Translations under genes and position numbers: made by a program
Notes under the pieces: generated by a model
What the model was told of the DNA's origin: nothing
Databases searched by the model: none
Seen by the model: only the letters and a program-made list of their open reading frames with translations
Source: Lingula anatina
Taxonomy: Eukaryota > Animalia > Brachiopoda
DNA length: 64,000 nt
Assembly: GCA_051362555.1 (NCBI GenBank)
Contig: CM120648.1
Location: 10,970,587-11,034,586, forward strand
Direction of reading: 5' to 3'
Shown: piece after piece, positions 39,698-58,271 of the stretch
Layout: each line of letters opens with the position of its first letter
Numbering within the stretch: the first letter of the stretch is position 1

Positions 39698-39916
39698 GAG
39701 GGCATTCCCAGAGATTTAGATCGATCTTACTAGATCGACCTAACTCCCTGGGGGTTCACGCTAAATTGCAGTCAGCCGACCGCGGACGGAACTAATTAAT
39801 TACCCCCTTCCTGCATTGTAGTAGGCGGGACGGACATTTAAGCCGGATTATCTGACAGTAATCTAGTGAGACTCCCTATGGGGATAGATCGATCTAAAAT
39901 ATCTGGGAATGCACCC
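39698..39916. mobile_element. MITE, family A2 (opposite orientation to 5658)
   Basis: GAGGGCATTCCCAGA...TCTGGGAATGCACCC, TSD TAA/TAA. Confidence 0.85.
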
Positions 39917-40780
39917 TAATCTTCATTCAGCACACAGAAGAGGAACTTTTAAATTGCATAAATGGATTATTCTTTTCTAATTGTGGTATCAGTTTTTCTG
40001 TCAGTGACATTAATCTATCTTCCTTTGCAAAATAAAATTTGAAAGCTTCTTCTTATTGCTGTGATAGAATAATAATATAAAAAGGCCTTTTGAATTAAAG
40101 GTAAAGTGCAAAATGTTTGTTTTATTCAACATACTTGCAAAGGGATTTTGATCTCTGTTCCGTGGCCAGTTTAACTAAATTCTGCATGTGTAAGATATTA
40201 TCTACCTGATCTACAAAAGAAAAAATGTTCACGTTTCACGTCATATAATCTTTATAGAATCAATAGGGCATAGTTTTCCATCTATTCATTCAGCAGCAAC
40301 CTATAATCTATTCCGGTCTAACCAACACACACACGAAATGCCTTACAGTTTTTTCTCCTACTGCGATCGTGCAGTAGCACGTGCATTCTAAATATTAAGT
40401 TTATGATTTTTCAAATCAAGATAACAGCTTCGAAATAAATCACTATTTACCACAATAATTGGAGTAATTGCCCTCGCCCCCCACCCCATATATTTGACAA
40501 AGATAATATTTTTTAGATCTTTAAAAAGTACAGCCTTTTTCCTTTATCCTAGTCCATCAGAAAAATATATTGCTTTCCGTAAAAGTCAGTCTCTAAATGG
40601 GAAGGCGTACCCTGGGGCAAATAAAACTACAGACGGCACGAAGAGCCACATCGGTCTAAATGCTTACTGTAGGCCTTTTTCAACAGTTCCTCCAGTACCC
40701 CCTTTTCCCAAGCATTTTTGCAGACTACTGCCCCCCCCCCCTCCCCCATGAAGTCACTGAAGTTTATCCTCATGAGAACT

Positions 40781-40953
40781 CAGGTCCGTAGCAAGGGGGG
40801 GGGGGGTCAGGGGGTTCTAACGAACCGCCCTTTTTGCCAGAAAAAAGACCTCTCTGGGTTAACCTAATCTCGGTACACGAATGTTTCATGCCATGGGACC
40901 ATTTTTTCAGAAAAAAATAAAAACCCTTTATGAAATTGCAAGCTACGGGCTTG
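40781..40953. mobile_element. MITE, family D (CAGG termini, 5-bp TSD)
   Basis: CAGGTCCGTAGC...GCTACGGGCTTG, TSD GAACT/GAACT. Confidence 0.85.
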
Positions 40954-41518
40954 GAACTTGTGGGCATGGTGTTGTCATTTTGTACAGAAAATATATCAAC
41001 AGCATGTAAATAAGGCGTAATGAAATCAGGATAGATTTATTTAATTGATTAAGATGTGCAATACGATAAATACATAGTCGATATTATATTATGTTATAAA
41101 CATATAATGCTGTTCATTTGGAATACATGTAGTTAACTTATTATTTGTAGAAACCATGTAGAATTTTGACAGGATCCATTTTTTAGCATTATAAGTTATG
41201 CTGATAATTTTTATGACACTCAAAATAGAAATAACTATATACAAATAACAAAAGACAAAAAAACTATATACAGAGTGGATATTGATTCACTCAATGTTAA
41301 GCTTAAAATAAAGAAAAATAATAACCCCACCACATGGAAAGTTTTCCTTGGCGTTTTCGTATTTCCCTATCAAAAACGCAAATATGGCATATATCCGACG
41401 CGAGAAACTATCCACTGAATGCCCAATATAATAACTATAATCTTTTGTATCAGCACAATGGCTAAAAGACCTTGGTAATAATATGGCAATATTTATAAAT
41501 ATTTTCCTTTAAAAGACC

Positions 41519-41524
<6 letters not shown>

Positions 41525-41590
<66 letters not shown>
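41525..41590. repeat. (TA)n microsatellite
   Basis: Direct reading; another (TA)n lies at ~44430-44482. Confidence 0.95.
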
Positions 41591-41592
<2 letters not shown>

Positions 41593-41674
41593 CCTACCTT
41601 TTTTCATTAACCTACCTTTCATTAACTTTCTATATATATATATCAACACGGACACCACCTATGCTATAAAGGCA

Positions 41675-41680
41675 TTTATT
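41675..41680 (-). terminator. Candidate polyadenylation signal (AATAAA) of the CYP gene
   Basis: AATAAA on the - strand ~60 nt downstream of the stop codon. Confidence 0.4.
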
Positions 41681-41741
41681 AAAATGCTATTAGACTTAAT
41701 TTCTAATTTCGTAGATAAAAAATCACCCTTTAACCATTAAC

Positions 41742-47752
<6,011 letters not shown>

Positions 47753-48373
47753 TTTGTTGTCTGTATACGATGTCTAGGTTATGGTGGCTTAACTTTTTCT
47801 GACGCTACCGCTTAAGTCAACGGACTCGCTCCACAGTTTGCAACTTCTTCACATCGACTTAATTAATGGAGATTCCTGAGGTCCTTAATGAGTTTTATCG
47901 AAGCTAAATAAGAACCGAATCAGGATTTTCATTAACCTACCAAATCTAAGCCCTCTTGCAATGTGCGTATCAGCGGTATCAAAACTGGTATTAAACCTCT
48001 TATTTAGGTCCCAGTTTGTAACTGACTCTGCATGTACAGTGCACTGTGCCGAAGTACTCTGTAATTCCCTACACGACTCTCCCAACACTTTATATGCTTG
48101 AACGGTGACGGTCTTCCCCAGGTCATTGTTCACTTTATTTACCTATCTAAGTGAAGGTCAGATATCTCGCTGTTCACTGTCAAGGCTGTTATATTTAGAC
48201 AGCCTGAGTAGCTGTATTTTGGATGTCAAATAAATAATAGTTGAACACCAAGGTCCTTTTTTAAATTAAAATCCCTTAATAATGATTTTAGCAGTAGCAA
48301 ATTGTTAAAATTAAGAGGACAAATACGACGTTTGATTTCTATTGGGCCCACATCTTTGTCCCCCTGACAAAAT

Positions 48374-48588
48374 GGCTCTATTCCCATAGATTTTAGATCG
48401 ATCTATCCCCGCGGGGAGTCTCACTAGATTACTTTCAGACAATCCGACTTAAATGTCCGTCCCGCCTACTACAAGCTGGAAGGAGGTAATTAACTTTCGT
48501 GTCCGCCCGGCTGACAGCTATTTAGCGTGAACCCCCAGGGAGTTAGGTCGATCTAAAGAAGGTCGATCTAATCTATGGAAATGGGATG
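48374..48588. mobile_element. MITE, family A2
   Basis: GGCTCTATTCCCATAGATTTTAGATCGATC...; homologous to 5658 and 56985. Confidence 0.85.
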
Positions 48589-48926
48589 AAAGAGTCCCGT
48601 AATACGTACAACATATGGGGGTCAATATCTGGAACGATGTTGACAGTTGCGGGCAAGCATTAACAGTGTGCGCACGTTTCATTGCGAGGACCAAGGTTTT
48701 GCGCGGATGTGGGGGGGGGGGGGGTGGAGGGGGGGCAGAGATAACTTTTATTAACAAACGAAGAGAGGTAAATATAAAACATTGGAAGGGGGCAGTTTTT
48801 TTTGGAATATGCGGGGCGCGGGGATGGAAATATTGCTTAGTTTTCTCTCGTTTGGTTTGTTATACCGTTTTTTTTCTTTTCTTTTTTTTTTTTTTTGGAG
48901 GGAAGGAAAGGCAGGTAGCTCTGAAA

Positions 48927-48963
<37 letters not shown>

Positions 48964-49660
48964 GGCGTTAATTCCATTGAGTTTAACTGGTAAAGTCAGG
49001 TTTAGTAACGCGCACCAACCAACTTCTTCTTCTGGGTCTGGTTGAGGGGAGGAGTTGGGCAGTTGCCCTCTGTCCCTCGCAGCCTAGTGAATATCTGTCG
49101 CCCCCCCCCCCGTACCCCACACCCTATGAACCCTGATGGGGTTGGGCGTTTTTGCGACAGCTCAAAGCGGTTTATTTGACTAATACTATGGATAACGGAA
49201 ATCAATAATCTAAGCAGGTCTCCGATGTCGCTGCGTTCCGCGTGTCCGATCGGGGTCATCCAGTGTCTTCTGTTTACTACCCTGTTCTACGCTGACAGCG
49301 TAATTCACTTGTATATGACATATACATTTGTTGTAGGTCATTGAAAACGGAAATGTTTTTTACGCTACAGTGCGTTATTTACCTGCCTTTACACTTTTTC
49401 GATACGCGTATGTACGTTGTATGTGGCCTAACAAAAGACATACACCCAAACAATGAATAAATAAATAATTTTATTTATTAATTAATTACTTAATTAATTA
49501 ATGATTTACTGTTGCATCTATGTAAAGGCAGCCATATCTAGATGCGAAACTGAACCCATAAAAAGGAATGTTTTTTCCTGATGCGTAAAAAGGAAATAGA
49601 TTCACAGTTTGTATTTAAAGTGGTTCGGGTACACTTACATGTAGTCTGTCTTAACCGTAA

Positions 49661-52600
49661 TCAGTCGATAAATTTATCCGATACAGAGTAGTCATATCCA
49701 AACAATTTAAAGTCCATCCTGTACATTTCTTTTAGATCTTCAATCAACTCCGGGGAGAGCTGTGAGAAATACTTCTCAACTATCCCTTTACTGGTCCTCT
49801 TCCACTGAGCAGGGTAGATGGTGGTGTTTGAAATATTTGCGAGCTTTAAAATTTCGGGTAAATCCCGGTCGAACGTCTCCATTCTTATAATGAGATCATA
49901 GCCTAGTGAACACACGCGACACATCCGCCATATTGGACTCCAGTGTGCCTGATACCAGTCCACCTTACAGTCCCCACTCTCGACACAGTTGCCATGGCGA
50001 ACTATATACTTAATAAAAAGCGGAAATGTGATGTCCAGTGTGCCGCCCGGAAGATTGAATTGTCGACTTATCAGAAGCGCGATCCCCCTGGAAGCCATTA
50101 GAATAATACTTTCGGTTTTGTTCTCGAAGATTTTCCCCTCAAAAAACATTCTGTAAAGTGATATTATTCTTTCGAACGGATGACGGACGCTCAAGATTTT
50201 AATGTTGTTTTTCCTTTGCAGTATGCCGGTGATTTGTTCCACGCTTTTTTGTGATAGAAAATCGAAGTTGTAATGCCACGATTTGCCTGCCGCCAATTTT
50301 GACCAGTCGAAAAGGTCCGTCTTATTCTTCCCGCGACTTTTCACTTCCGCAAAAATCCGGCGAAGATTTGTAGAGCCAGTCTTGGGAACGATACAGTACA
50401 GTGCTTTTGTTTGTTCATCATTTAATATCCAAGTAACATACTTTTGTTCCACTGTTCTTTTGGGAATTTGCAAACCTTTTATAGACATGGCTGCCGTTTC
50501 AACCGATAAGAGGGTTTGATTTGACGCTGCACATCCATCTTCTACCATTTTCTTGCGACGCTGAAGAATGTTTGTTTCTTGGTCAACTTGATATTGTAAT
50601 GATTCTCTGCTAGCTACATGTACCGAGGCTTCCTTCGAGACTGCAATGACAGTTGTATAATTACGAGTCCATAATCCCTACAATGGTAAAATACCCTTAG
50701 CAAAATATAAGGCCTGCTGCAAAGTTGCAGCAAATTTACTGCAGTATGGCTGCAAACTGCTATTCCTTTTGCAAATCTGCTGCAATATGGCTGCAAATTA
50801 GCAGCAATAATGTTTTTCTTGCAAACTCCTACAAACTCTTGCAAACAATACTGCTGCAAACTTTTTTATTTTGCTAAGGACATGCATTTTTAAAACATCC
50901 ATTTCCTGCGAGCTGATGGTAACAATTAATTGAGTTCTTAAAGAAATTGGTCATGAATAATTATAGTCGTACTGATCCCAGAAAATGAGGCAGTTTGTGC
51001 ATTTCCTTGAAGTCCAAATCTCTCCAAGTAAGAACACATTCAGAATAGCGGACTAACAGATTCGGGGATCAAATATGGCGGCATAATTCCTGATTACACA
51101 CTGAATAGGTTCCGTGCGGGGATTGCGCAACAAGCATGCAAGTGGGGTGACCAAATTTGATCCGCGGATCTGTTAGTCCGATGTTCTGAATGCGCTCTAA
51201 GACTTTCATACATTTAAAACGTGTAATCTCGCTTTAAAAATATAACACGAGAAAAATCAAGAGTGTCTCAAACCCATTTTTTAGATAGGTCTACTCGGTG
51301 AAATTCCACCTTGAATTGAACATGTGAAGTAAGGTTTTAATTTGAAGTTACAGAAGAATTTCAGCGATTGCAGATGGTTATAAAGTTCCCCAAGGTTTCA
51401 TATTTGAAGTCATTTCTCTCAAAAGAAAATATCAAAAAGGTTTCATCGTGATGGAATATCTACCATGTCAAAATGTCTCTCAAGAAACGGAAACTCTTTT
51501 CAAGCCCATGAAAGCCGCAAGAAATTGAATTTCCGATATAGCTCTTCATGTATCACAAGATAGAATTGACAGCGCAAGGAATGTGAACGTTTCCTCTGCT
51601 ATATAATCTGGAACTAATTTATAACCCCCTTTCTCTGTGTCAGTACATACCTAATTTTATACGTCATCTACTTCATAAAAGTTGTCTTTTCGGCGGCAGT
51701 CAATAAACACAGTTTTAAATACGAGCAATAACAAACGGGTTGCTAACGGGTTTAGGCTAAAGCTGCGTTATTTCTGCGTTGAGTCCGTAGCCAAGGTGGA
51801 TTCCTTGGGTTTAAAACTTAGCCTTAAAAGGTTCATTCTAAAAGTGCATTCAGGACAGGATGATCCGCGTACTAACAGTTCGGCGGACAAAATATGACTG
51901 GAACCCTTAAATCGGTGTCGCCAATAGTCTCCACGCCTCCACTCGCACCATATAATCTCGGCTCCGTGTTTTAATAGCTAGGGCCCTACAGCGACGGCAC
52001 ATGAAGAGGCGGGGAAACCATCAGGGAATAAGCAGCATCTCTTTTTAGTGGGGTCGGCCATATTTAGTCCGCGGATCATCTGTACTGAATGCACCCTAAG
52101 ACCAATCTTAATTTGAAATTAGTAGGCCCGTGTTTGTTTTAGAATGTCAAACGCCATAAACAACCAACCGCTGTTGGAGTTGTATTCGCAAGACAAAGTA
52201 ACGATAATATATCCAGGCCCGTAGCCAGCAATTTCAGAGAGGGGGTTCGTTTTCTGAAAAGGTGGACCTTTTACCATAAAATCCTCAAGTAGGTCTACAT
52301 AGGTCAAATTTTACCCAGAGTGGACCTTTTCCCAGCAAAAAGGGTGGTTCTTTCGAACCCCCCGAACCCCCCCCCCCCCCACCCACCCCCGGCTACGGGC
52401 CTGATATCCCACAATTGTCGACAAATTTCATTGAAAAGCATAGTTTTACTTAAACTCTCTATATGTTCGTTCGGGGCGCTAGAATACACTTTGTATGCTG
52501 TCGCTGAGACTTACCCAAAATAACTGCCAAAATCCCATGCAAAATCGCAACTCCCACAACCAGACAAACCACGTAAATTCCCGTGTAAACGGTTCTCGTG

Positions 52601-52662
52601 CCTGGACCGAACCGCCGGGGCCCGAGGGCCGGACATTTTCCCAGAAACATCTGCAAATGCAT
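49661..52662 (-). CDS. Golgi carbohydrate sulfotransferase (Sulfotransfer_2, CHST11/HNK-1ST-like), 2 coding exons 52662-52515 and 50640-49661, ~375 aa
   Basis: Exon 1 encodes a type II anchor (GIYVVCLVVGVAILHGILAVIL) and ends G|GTAAGT. Exon 2 starts after TTGCAG in matching phase. Motifs YCIVPKTGSTN (5'-PSB), SVRHPFERIISLY (3'-PB), HWSP...CRVC, YRMDFKLFGY. Confidence 0.9.
50694..50880. mobile_element. Short-TIR element with internal GCTGCAAA repeats
   Basis: CCCTTAGCAAAATA / TATTTTGCTAAGG inverted ends enclosing degenerate (GCTGCAAA) units. Confidence 0.6.
51032..51197. mobile_element. MITE, family B
   Basis: GAACACATTCAGAA...TTCTGAATGCGCTC, TSD TAA/TAA. Confidence 0.85.
51842..52096. mobile_element. 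MITE, family B
   Basis: AAGTGCATTCAGGACAGGATGATCCGCG...CGCGGATCATCTGTACTGAATGCACCC, TSD TAA/TAA. Confidence 0.8.
52214..52403. mobile_element. MITE, family D (5-bp TSD)
   Basis: CAGGCCCGTAGCC...GGCTACGGGCCTG, TSD ATATC/ATATC. Confidence 0.9.
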
Positions 52663-54162
52663 TGATAACTTTTACTTTGATAGCTCTAACGTGTGCTTTG
52701 TCGTTGAAAAATGTCTCACGATCTCATACAATTTGCATTTCTTCGTGGCATAGAATATGGGTATATGGGTTTAGCCGCAGATCGACACAGACAGTAGTGG
52801 CGACTACTGATACATTTTTTTAATTTCTTCGCGATATGGATCATAAGGGCCTATTAGACTACGATAATGGGGCCAATATAGCAATAAGTGTTTGAGTGCT
52901 AAGACTACTCCAACAATGTGATTGTCTGCAGCATGTTTTAGCGTTTCTTTTATTGTTTATCACTTCCTAATTACTTCATTCCATCCGTCTATCGATCCAC
53001 CTATTCATGGCTGTTCTTCTCTTTCTTTAAGAAAGTGGGCTGAAGAAAAAAAATCCTTCGGACATGTGATGGGAAGGAACTGGTTGAAGAATCAGTCACT
53101 TCGTTCTGGAAGGGGTCGAAAATATTGGCGCAAGCCTTGGTTTTGGTTTCGTTAAATAACACTGAATAAGAAGCCCATGCCTGTTTTAATTTTAAATATA
53201 TTCGACATACCCTTAACAAAGTCCCCCCTTCTCTCTCTCTCTCTCTTTCTCTCTCTCTAACGCACAGACATTAAACAAAATCCATATAAACCCCTAATTA
53301 AAGGCAACTTTTGTGGTCGTCATATGGCCCTTTCAGTTTCTGGATCAAGAAAGGGTTTTTATTTGCCCCAAGAAAAAAAAAGAAATACGGTGATGTAAAC
53401 AAAATTATTTCACTAATGACCCTTTTCAAATGAATGGATTACACGTAAAGCTGACAATAATTGTAATAACTCACCTTGAATAAATTGTTGAAATTCGTCG
53501 CCAGTTTAAAAAGTAGAGTTCAACGGGATGCGTTTGTATTCCACAAAGACGCTTCGTCCTCAGCGGCTCATATTGTTATTCTGACTGTGAAAGAAGCCTT
53601 CAATTATTTACAATACTTTTCCGCCTTAATACGTGACCATGATATTAGCGAGAAAGAGACAGGCATCGCTCTGGTGAAAAACGATCATTCAGCATCCATC
53701 AAACGAAACTGCACATGTTGACCATCAACGATTTTGCACAAGACTTTTTCCCCGACTTTAATAGGTCGACTTAAATAAAGTTGCAGCTTGAACCAAATTC
53801 ATGGGAATAACTACAAATACGTTTTATCGTCTACGCCACAGGTAGAGAGAGAGAGAGAGAGAGGAAGAGATTTTTTTAATCCTCGCGATAAGTGTGGTTT
53901 TAGTCAGCGTAATCGCTTGGTGACTCACTCACAGTGTGGTAGATGTGACAACAGTGCGACCCTGCACATTGCGGTAGATGGCGCAGTTGCCGAGTTATCC
54001 CGATGTGTCAGGAATGGAAGTCCTCTATTAACCGTAGTCCAGTTCCCATTACTTTGTACAGGTGACATTCGTCCCATACACCAACCCCGGACCAATACTA
54101 CGTTAAACGCTTACCTAAAGGTTACTTATCATATGGGACCCTGGACTCCCATTCCTGCCACA

Positions 54163-54339
54163 CCAGTGTAACGTGACAGAGAGTCCCCCCATAACAGAGA
54201 GTCCGCTTCCATGTTCATTTGTACAGGTAAGCCTCGCCCTAGATTTTGACCCACTTAGGTCAAACTAACCCTAACCAATGTAACTGTATGGAGGGCGGAC
54301 TTTCTGTTACACGGACCTTCAGGTTCGTCGTTACACCGG
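54163..54339. mobile_element. Short TIR element with internal CTAACCCTAACC
   Basis: CCAGTGTAACG / CGTTACACCGG ends, inner IR TAACAGA.AGTCCGC, CA on both flanks. Confidence 0.6.
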
Positions 54340-54504
54340 CACCCAAGAAGAATGTGCTATCACCGCCATCAATTTCATAGAACCAGTTATACAGACTCCC
54401 CAGAACAAGAAAAAAAGGACCGTTTCAAAAGTTATGCATCTGGTACACTTAGTCCGAAGTGCACGCTTGACCCCCCTTCGGTTTTTGAAAAAATATATCA
54501 CACC

Positions 54505-54783
54505 TAGTGGTGGATATAGAGGGGGGGTCTGGGTGGTCCTGGCCTCCCCCCCCCCTTCGATTTCTGAAAAAAATCACACCAGTGGTCCCAACTTGAAATT
54601 ACAATTTTGACTAGCTGAATCATAGTTCTAAACTGTACCAAATGGCACCGTTTGCCCTCTTAAATACCAAAATTTTTCGGGTCCCATAAGCGCCCCCGTG
54701 GGCCTGGGCGGTGGTGGTGGTGGGGGGGGGGGGGGTCGGCTTTGCATCCGCCCCCCCTTCAAATAATCCTTGATCCGCCCCTT
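54505..54783. mobile_element. MITE with 5-bp TSD inserted into an older copy of its own family (host ~54468-54935)
   Basis: TAGTGGTGGAT...ATCCGCCCCTT, TSD ACACC/ACACC; flanks repeat the element's internal sequence. Confidence 0.7.
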
Positions 54784-55768
54784 ACACCAATATTCCGCTC
54801 TTGAAATTAGAATCTTGACTAGCTAAATTATAGTTGTAAACCGTAGGCTACCAAAGGGCACTGTTTACTCTTTTACTCTCCAAAACACAGGCCTGTCGTT
54901 TCGGACCCCCCCCCCCCTTCAAATAATCCTGGAAATGGCTCGCCGTATTTCACTTAACAGAGGCCCTGCGTAATACCACTATTTTGGACTTTTGGCAAAT
55001 CATCCTCTTCCAGAGCTTTGCAATACTGGTAAACGTATAAGCAGCGTACAGCTGACGCATGGATAGCGAGCGTATTTGTAACGTACAACTTGCGTATGGA
55101 TTGCGAATATATGAGTAACGCATGTTGACATATAACCACTGTAGATGTAGTGTATATTAACGTATGAGTATCGTATATGAGCGTATAACTGTAACTACTT
55201 ATATAGTGAGCGTATAAGTAACGTATGTGTATCTTTTTAATTGTTTTGTTAAATTTGAACTGTTAAATGTGTCAGATAAAAATGTATTAGAAATCCCCTA
55301 GCTACCTCGTATTCTTTTCATAGCAACTAAATCGAGGCTAAAAAACAGAGATAGAAAATATGCTTCGAATGGCGCCCACATAATAAGACGCTTAGTTTAT
55401 GTTTCTACCAGCTGTGACTTGCCGGTGTATGAATTATTTAGTACTTTCACGCTGTTAAACGTTGGTCATGTGTATTCACAGCGCTTATATATCTTAACGC
55501 AAGCGGACGGAAAGAGGTATGTACCTGTAAATGTGAATCTATTGCCCTTGTTGATAACAATGGCTCTTACAACTTCTCTAATTTTCGTAATATGTCAGAA
55601 CTTAAGTAAGTGCTGTATCGATAAGCAATGTACGTGCTGGTATGCAGACCGTCTGTTATAAATATACATATAGAGAAAAAATGCGTGACGTATCAAGTAT
55701 GAAGACTTGGCTTTTTTGTGTGAGAGATGGGTTTTGTATGTTATAATTCGCATTGGCACTGCCTGTGG

Positions 55769-55812
<44 letters not shown>

Positions 55813-56180
55813 ACGCGCGCGTGCGTGCGTGCGCACGCACGTGCCTGCGTGAATGCATGGGACGTGGAAGGCAGTTTTAAAGTGCTGTGCAAAAATACCA
55901 ATGAATAAAACCCAGAAGCATAAGTATGGAGAACTTAAGAGGAATTTTACCAAAGGTATCAAAGTAATAATCAATGCATGCTATAAGAAGATTGGGTCCT
56001 TTTTACGAGTTATGTCATTTTTATGGCTTTTTGATTACGCTTTTGAAATTTTACGACTTCAATTTATAGGCAGATTAACAAGAGCTAAATGCCCCAGGTT
56101 TTTACAGCCTGCGTTAACGTATGCGCAATGAAAGCTAGCTTTCATTTTTTCTTCTCAACTGGGTCGACATATGCCACTGT

Positions 56181-56504
56181 GAGCGCAAATAGGTTGATAA
56201 GGTTTAACCACGCCTGAACTCAGCTTGAACCTAGGCTGAACCCAGTCTGAACCCAGCCTGAACAGCCTGAACTCAGCCTGAACCTAGTCTGAACCCAACC
56301 TGAACCCAGTCTGCACCCAGTTTGAACCCAGTCTGAACCCAGTCTGCACCCAGTTTGAACCCACTCTGAACCCAGTCTGCACCAAGTTTGAACCCAGCCT
56401 GAACCCAGTCTGAACCCAGTCTGAACCCAGTCTGCACCCAGTTTGAACCAGTTCAAGGATTGCATATCCCAATATATGAACACCAGTAGTTTTATATTAG
56501 CGCT
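56181..56504. repeat. 11-bp minisatellite (TCTGAACCCAG)n inside short inverted repeats
   Basis: Tandem units 56213-56450; flanking GAGCGCAAATA / TATTAGCGCTT. Confidence 0.75.
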
Positions 56505-56984
56505 TATATATTTACCCATGTTTTATAAATAATTCGACAGTGTATTTAGTATTATTTAATTTATACAGACGCAATTACACGAGAAAAGTGTATATTGTAG
56601 CATGTATAAGTGAACATCGCCTCCAGGCCTTTTCAGGTGGCTGTTTTTTTTAGGAGGGAGAGGGGCGGATGTCACTGTAATAAAAAAAACATGACCTTGG
56701 CATCAGTATAACTGCCAGGCAGAATAAACTTGATTCAATTTGGAGCAGAAGATTATTTTATGCAATAATCAACGTTATTTTCAACTCATGCTGGACATGT
56801 ATGTACTACTATGACGTAAGAATTAACTCTCGGCATTCAAATTGGAAAATCTTCTTTTGTCCTCCTTATTCGATGTTATTGTCGGCGATTTGATGCAAAA
56901 CAAATCTGAATTAAGTTTACATTTTGAACGTTTTAGAACTTCATCATTTAACTAGAAGAGTTATGTGCAAAACATCGAATCTAA

Positions 56985-57199
56985 GAGTGCGTTCCCACAG
57001 ATTTTAGATCGATCTATCCCCGTGGGAAGTCTCACTAGATTACTGTCAGCTTAGCCGGCTTAAATGTCTGCCCCGCCTACTAAAAGCTGTAAGGGGGTAA
57101 TTAACTTTCGTGCCCGTTCGGCTGACAGCAATTTAAAGTGAACCCCCAGGGAGTTAGGTCGATCAAGAGGAATCGACCTAAATCTGTGGGAATGCAGTC
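56985..57199. mobile_element. MITE, family A2
   Basis: GAGTGCGTTCCCACAGATTT...AAATCTGTGGGAATGCAGTC, TSD TAA/TAA. Confidence 0.9.
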
Positions 57200-58101
57200 T
57201 AAGTGCAGGAACGGGTCGAACAATGATTTGCCTTCTTCTCCAGAAAAATAGATATGACGCAAAAACAACGTAAAAAAAAAACAATAATAATAAATAATTT
57301 ACAGTCGTGTTTATACAGTTAAAGTATAAAATCTGCTGTCGCACATTTAATCACCAAGCTGCAGCTACAGGAAACGACGCAGGCAGGTTTAGTGTTCGGC
57401 ATTTTTCGTTTGAAATAAGGAAATTGAATTGCTGATAGTGATTACAAAAAGAGAGATTGCCTCTCCTGCACTCTTCGCTCTTCGCGCGCGCGCGTGCGTC
57501 CACTCACACAGACGCACACACACGCACACAGACATAAGTAACGCGGAATAGTAAGATTGCATTTATTTTTGTTCACACAATAAGCAGAGACCTTGAATTT
57601 AATTCATTCTTTGCACAATACAACAGGTCTAAACTCAATCGCTACAAGAGGGCAATAACACTGAAAACTCACTCCACTCCTATTACACAACATTGTTCAT
57701 TTGTATATGACGCCAGATCTAGTAGTTGATATTTGCGTGATTTAGTTCACTAAGGCAAAAATATCGTGATTAATTCAACAAGTTATATTAATAGGCGAGT
57801 GAGCTAGAGTATTTTACGGCAACACAGCATTTTTCAAACAAACCCAGATGCGGGTCAATGTAATGTTTCCAGTGAAGTAAAATATCAAAGTACTGAAGGT
57901 GTGGCCTAAGCACATGTTAACACAAGACTGCGTGGTATTTTGGGCGAATTTGTCTGGTATTGCCAGACGATTTGAGCTTAATGCAGCATTAAAAAGTTCT
58001 ACTCTCCGCGAGTGACTTTTAATGGGCATTTAAAGCGGAAAAGTCGTGGGCGTCAAGTGAATGGAAGGATTGTATGCCATTGAGGTACGGTAGGTCAGAG
58101 C

Positions 58102-58124
58102 AGAGAGAGAGAGAGAGAGAGCGT

Positions 58125-58170
<46 letters not shown>

Positions 58171-58172
58171 GC

Positions 58173-58211
<39 letters not shown>

Positions 58212-58219
58212 AGTGTGTT

Positions 58220-58266
<47 letters not shown>
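58102..58266. repeat. Alternating (GA)n/(GT)n compound microsatellite
   Basis: Direct reading. Confidence 0.95.

Positions 58267-58271
<5 letters not shown>

Noticed and set aside
48120-48160. AGGTCA half-sites upstream of the CYP as a nuclear-receptor element
   Set aside because: No well-formed DR or IR pairing; such hexamers are expected by chance.
56220-56519. Repetitive ORFs (GCRLGSDWVQT)n
   Set aside because: Artefact of an 11-bp minisatellite being open in several frames.
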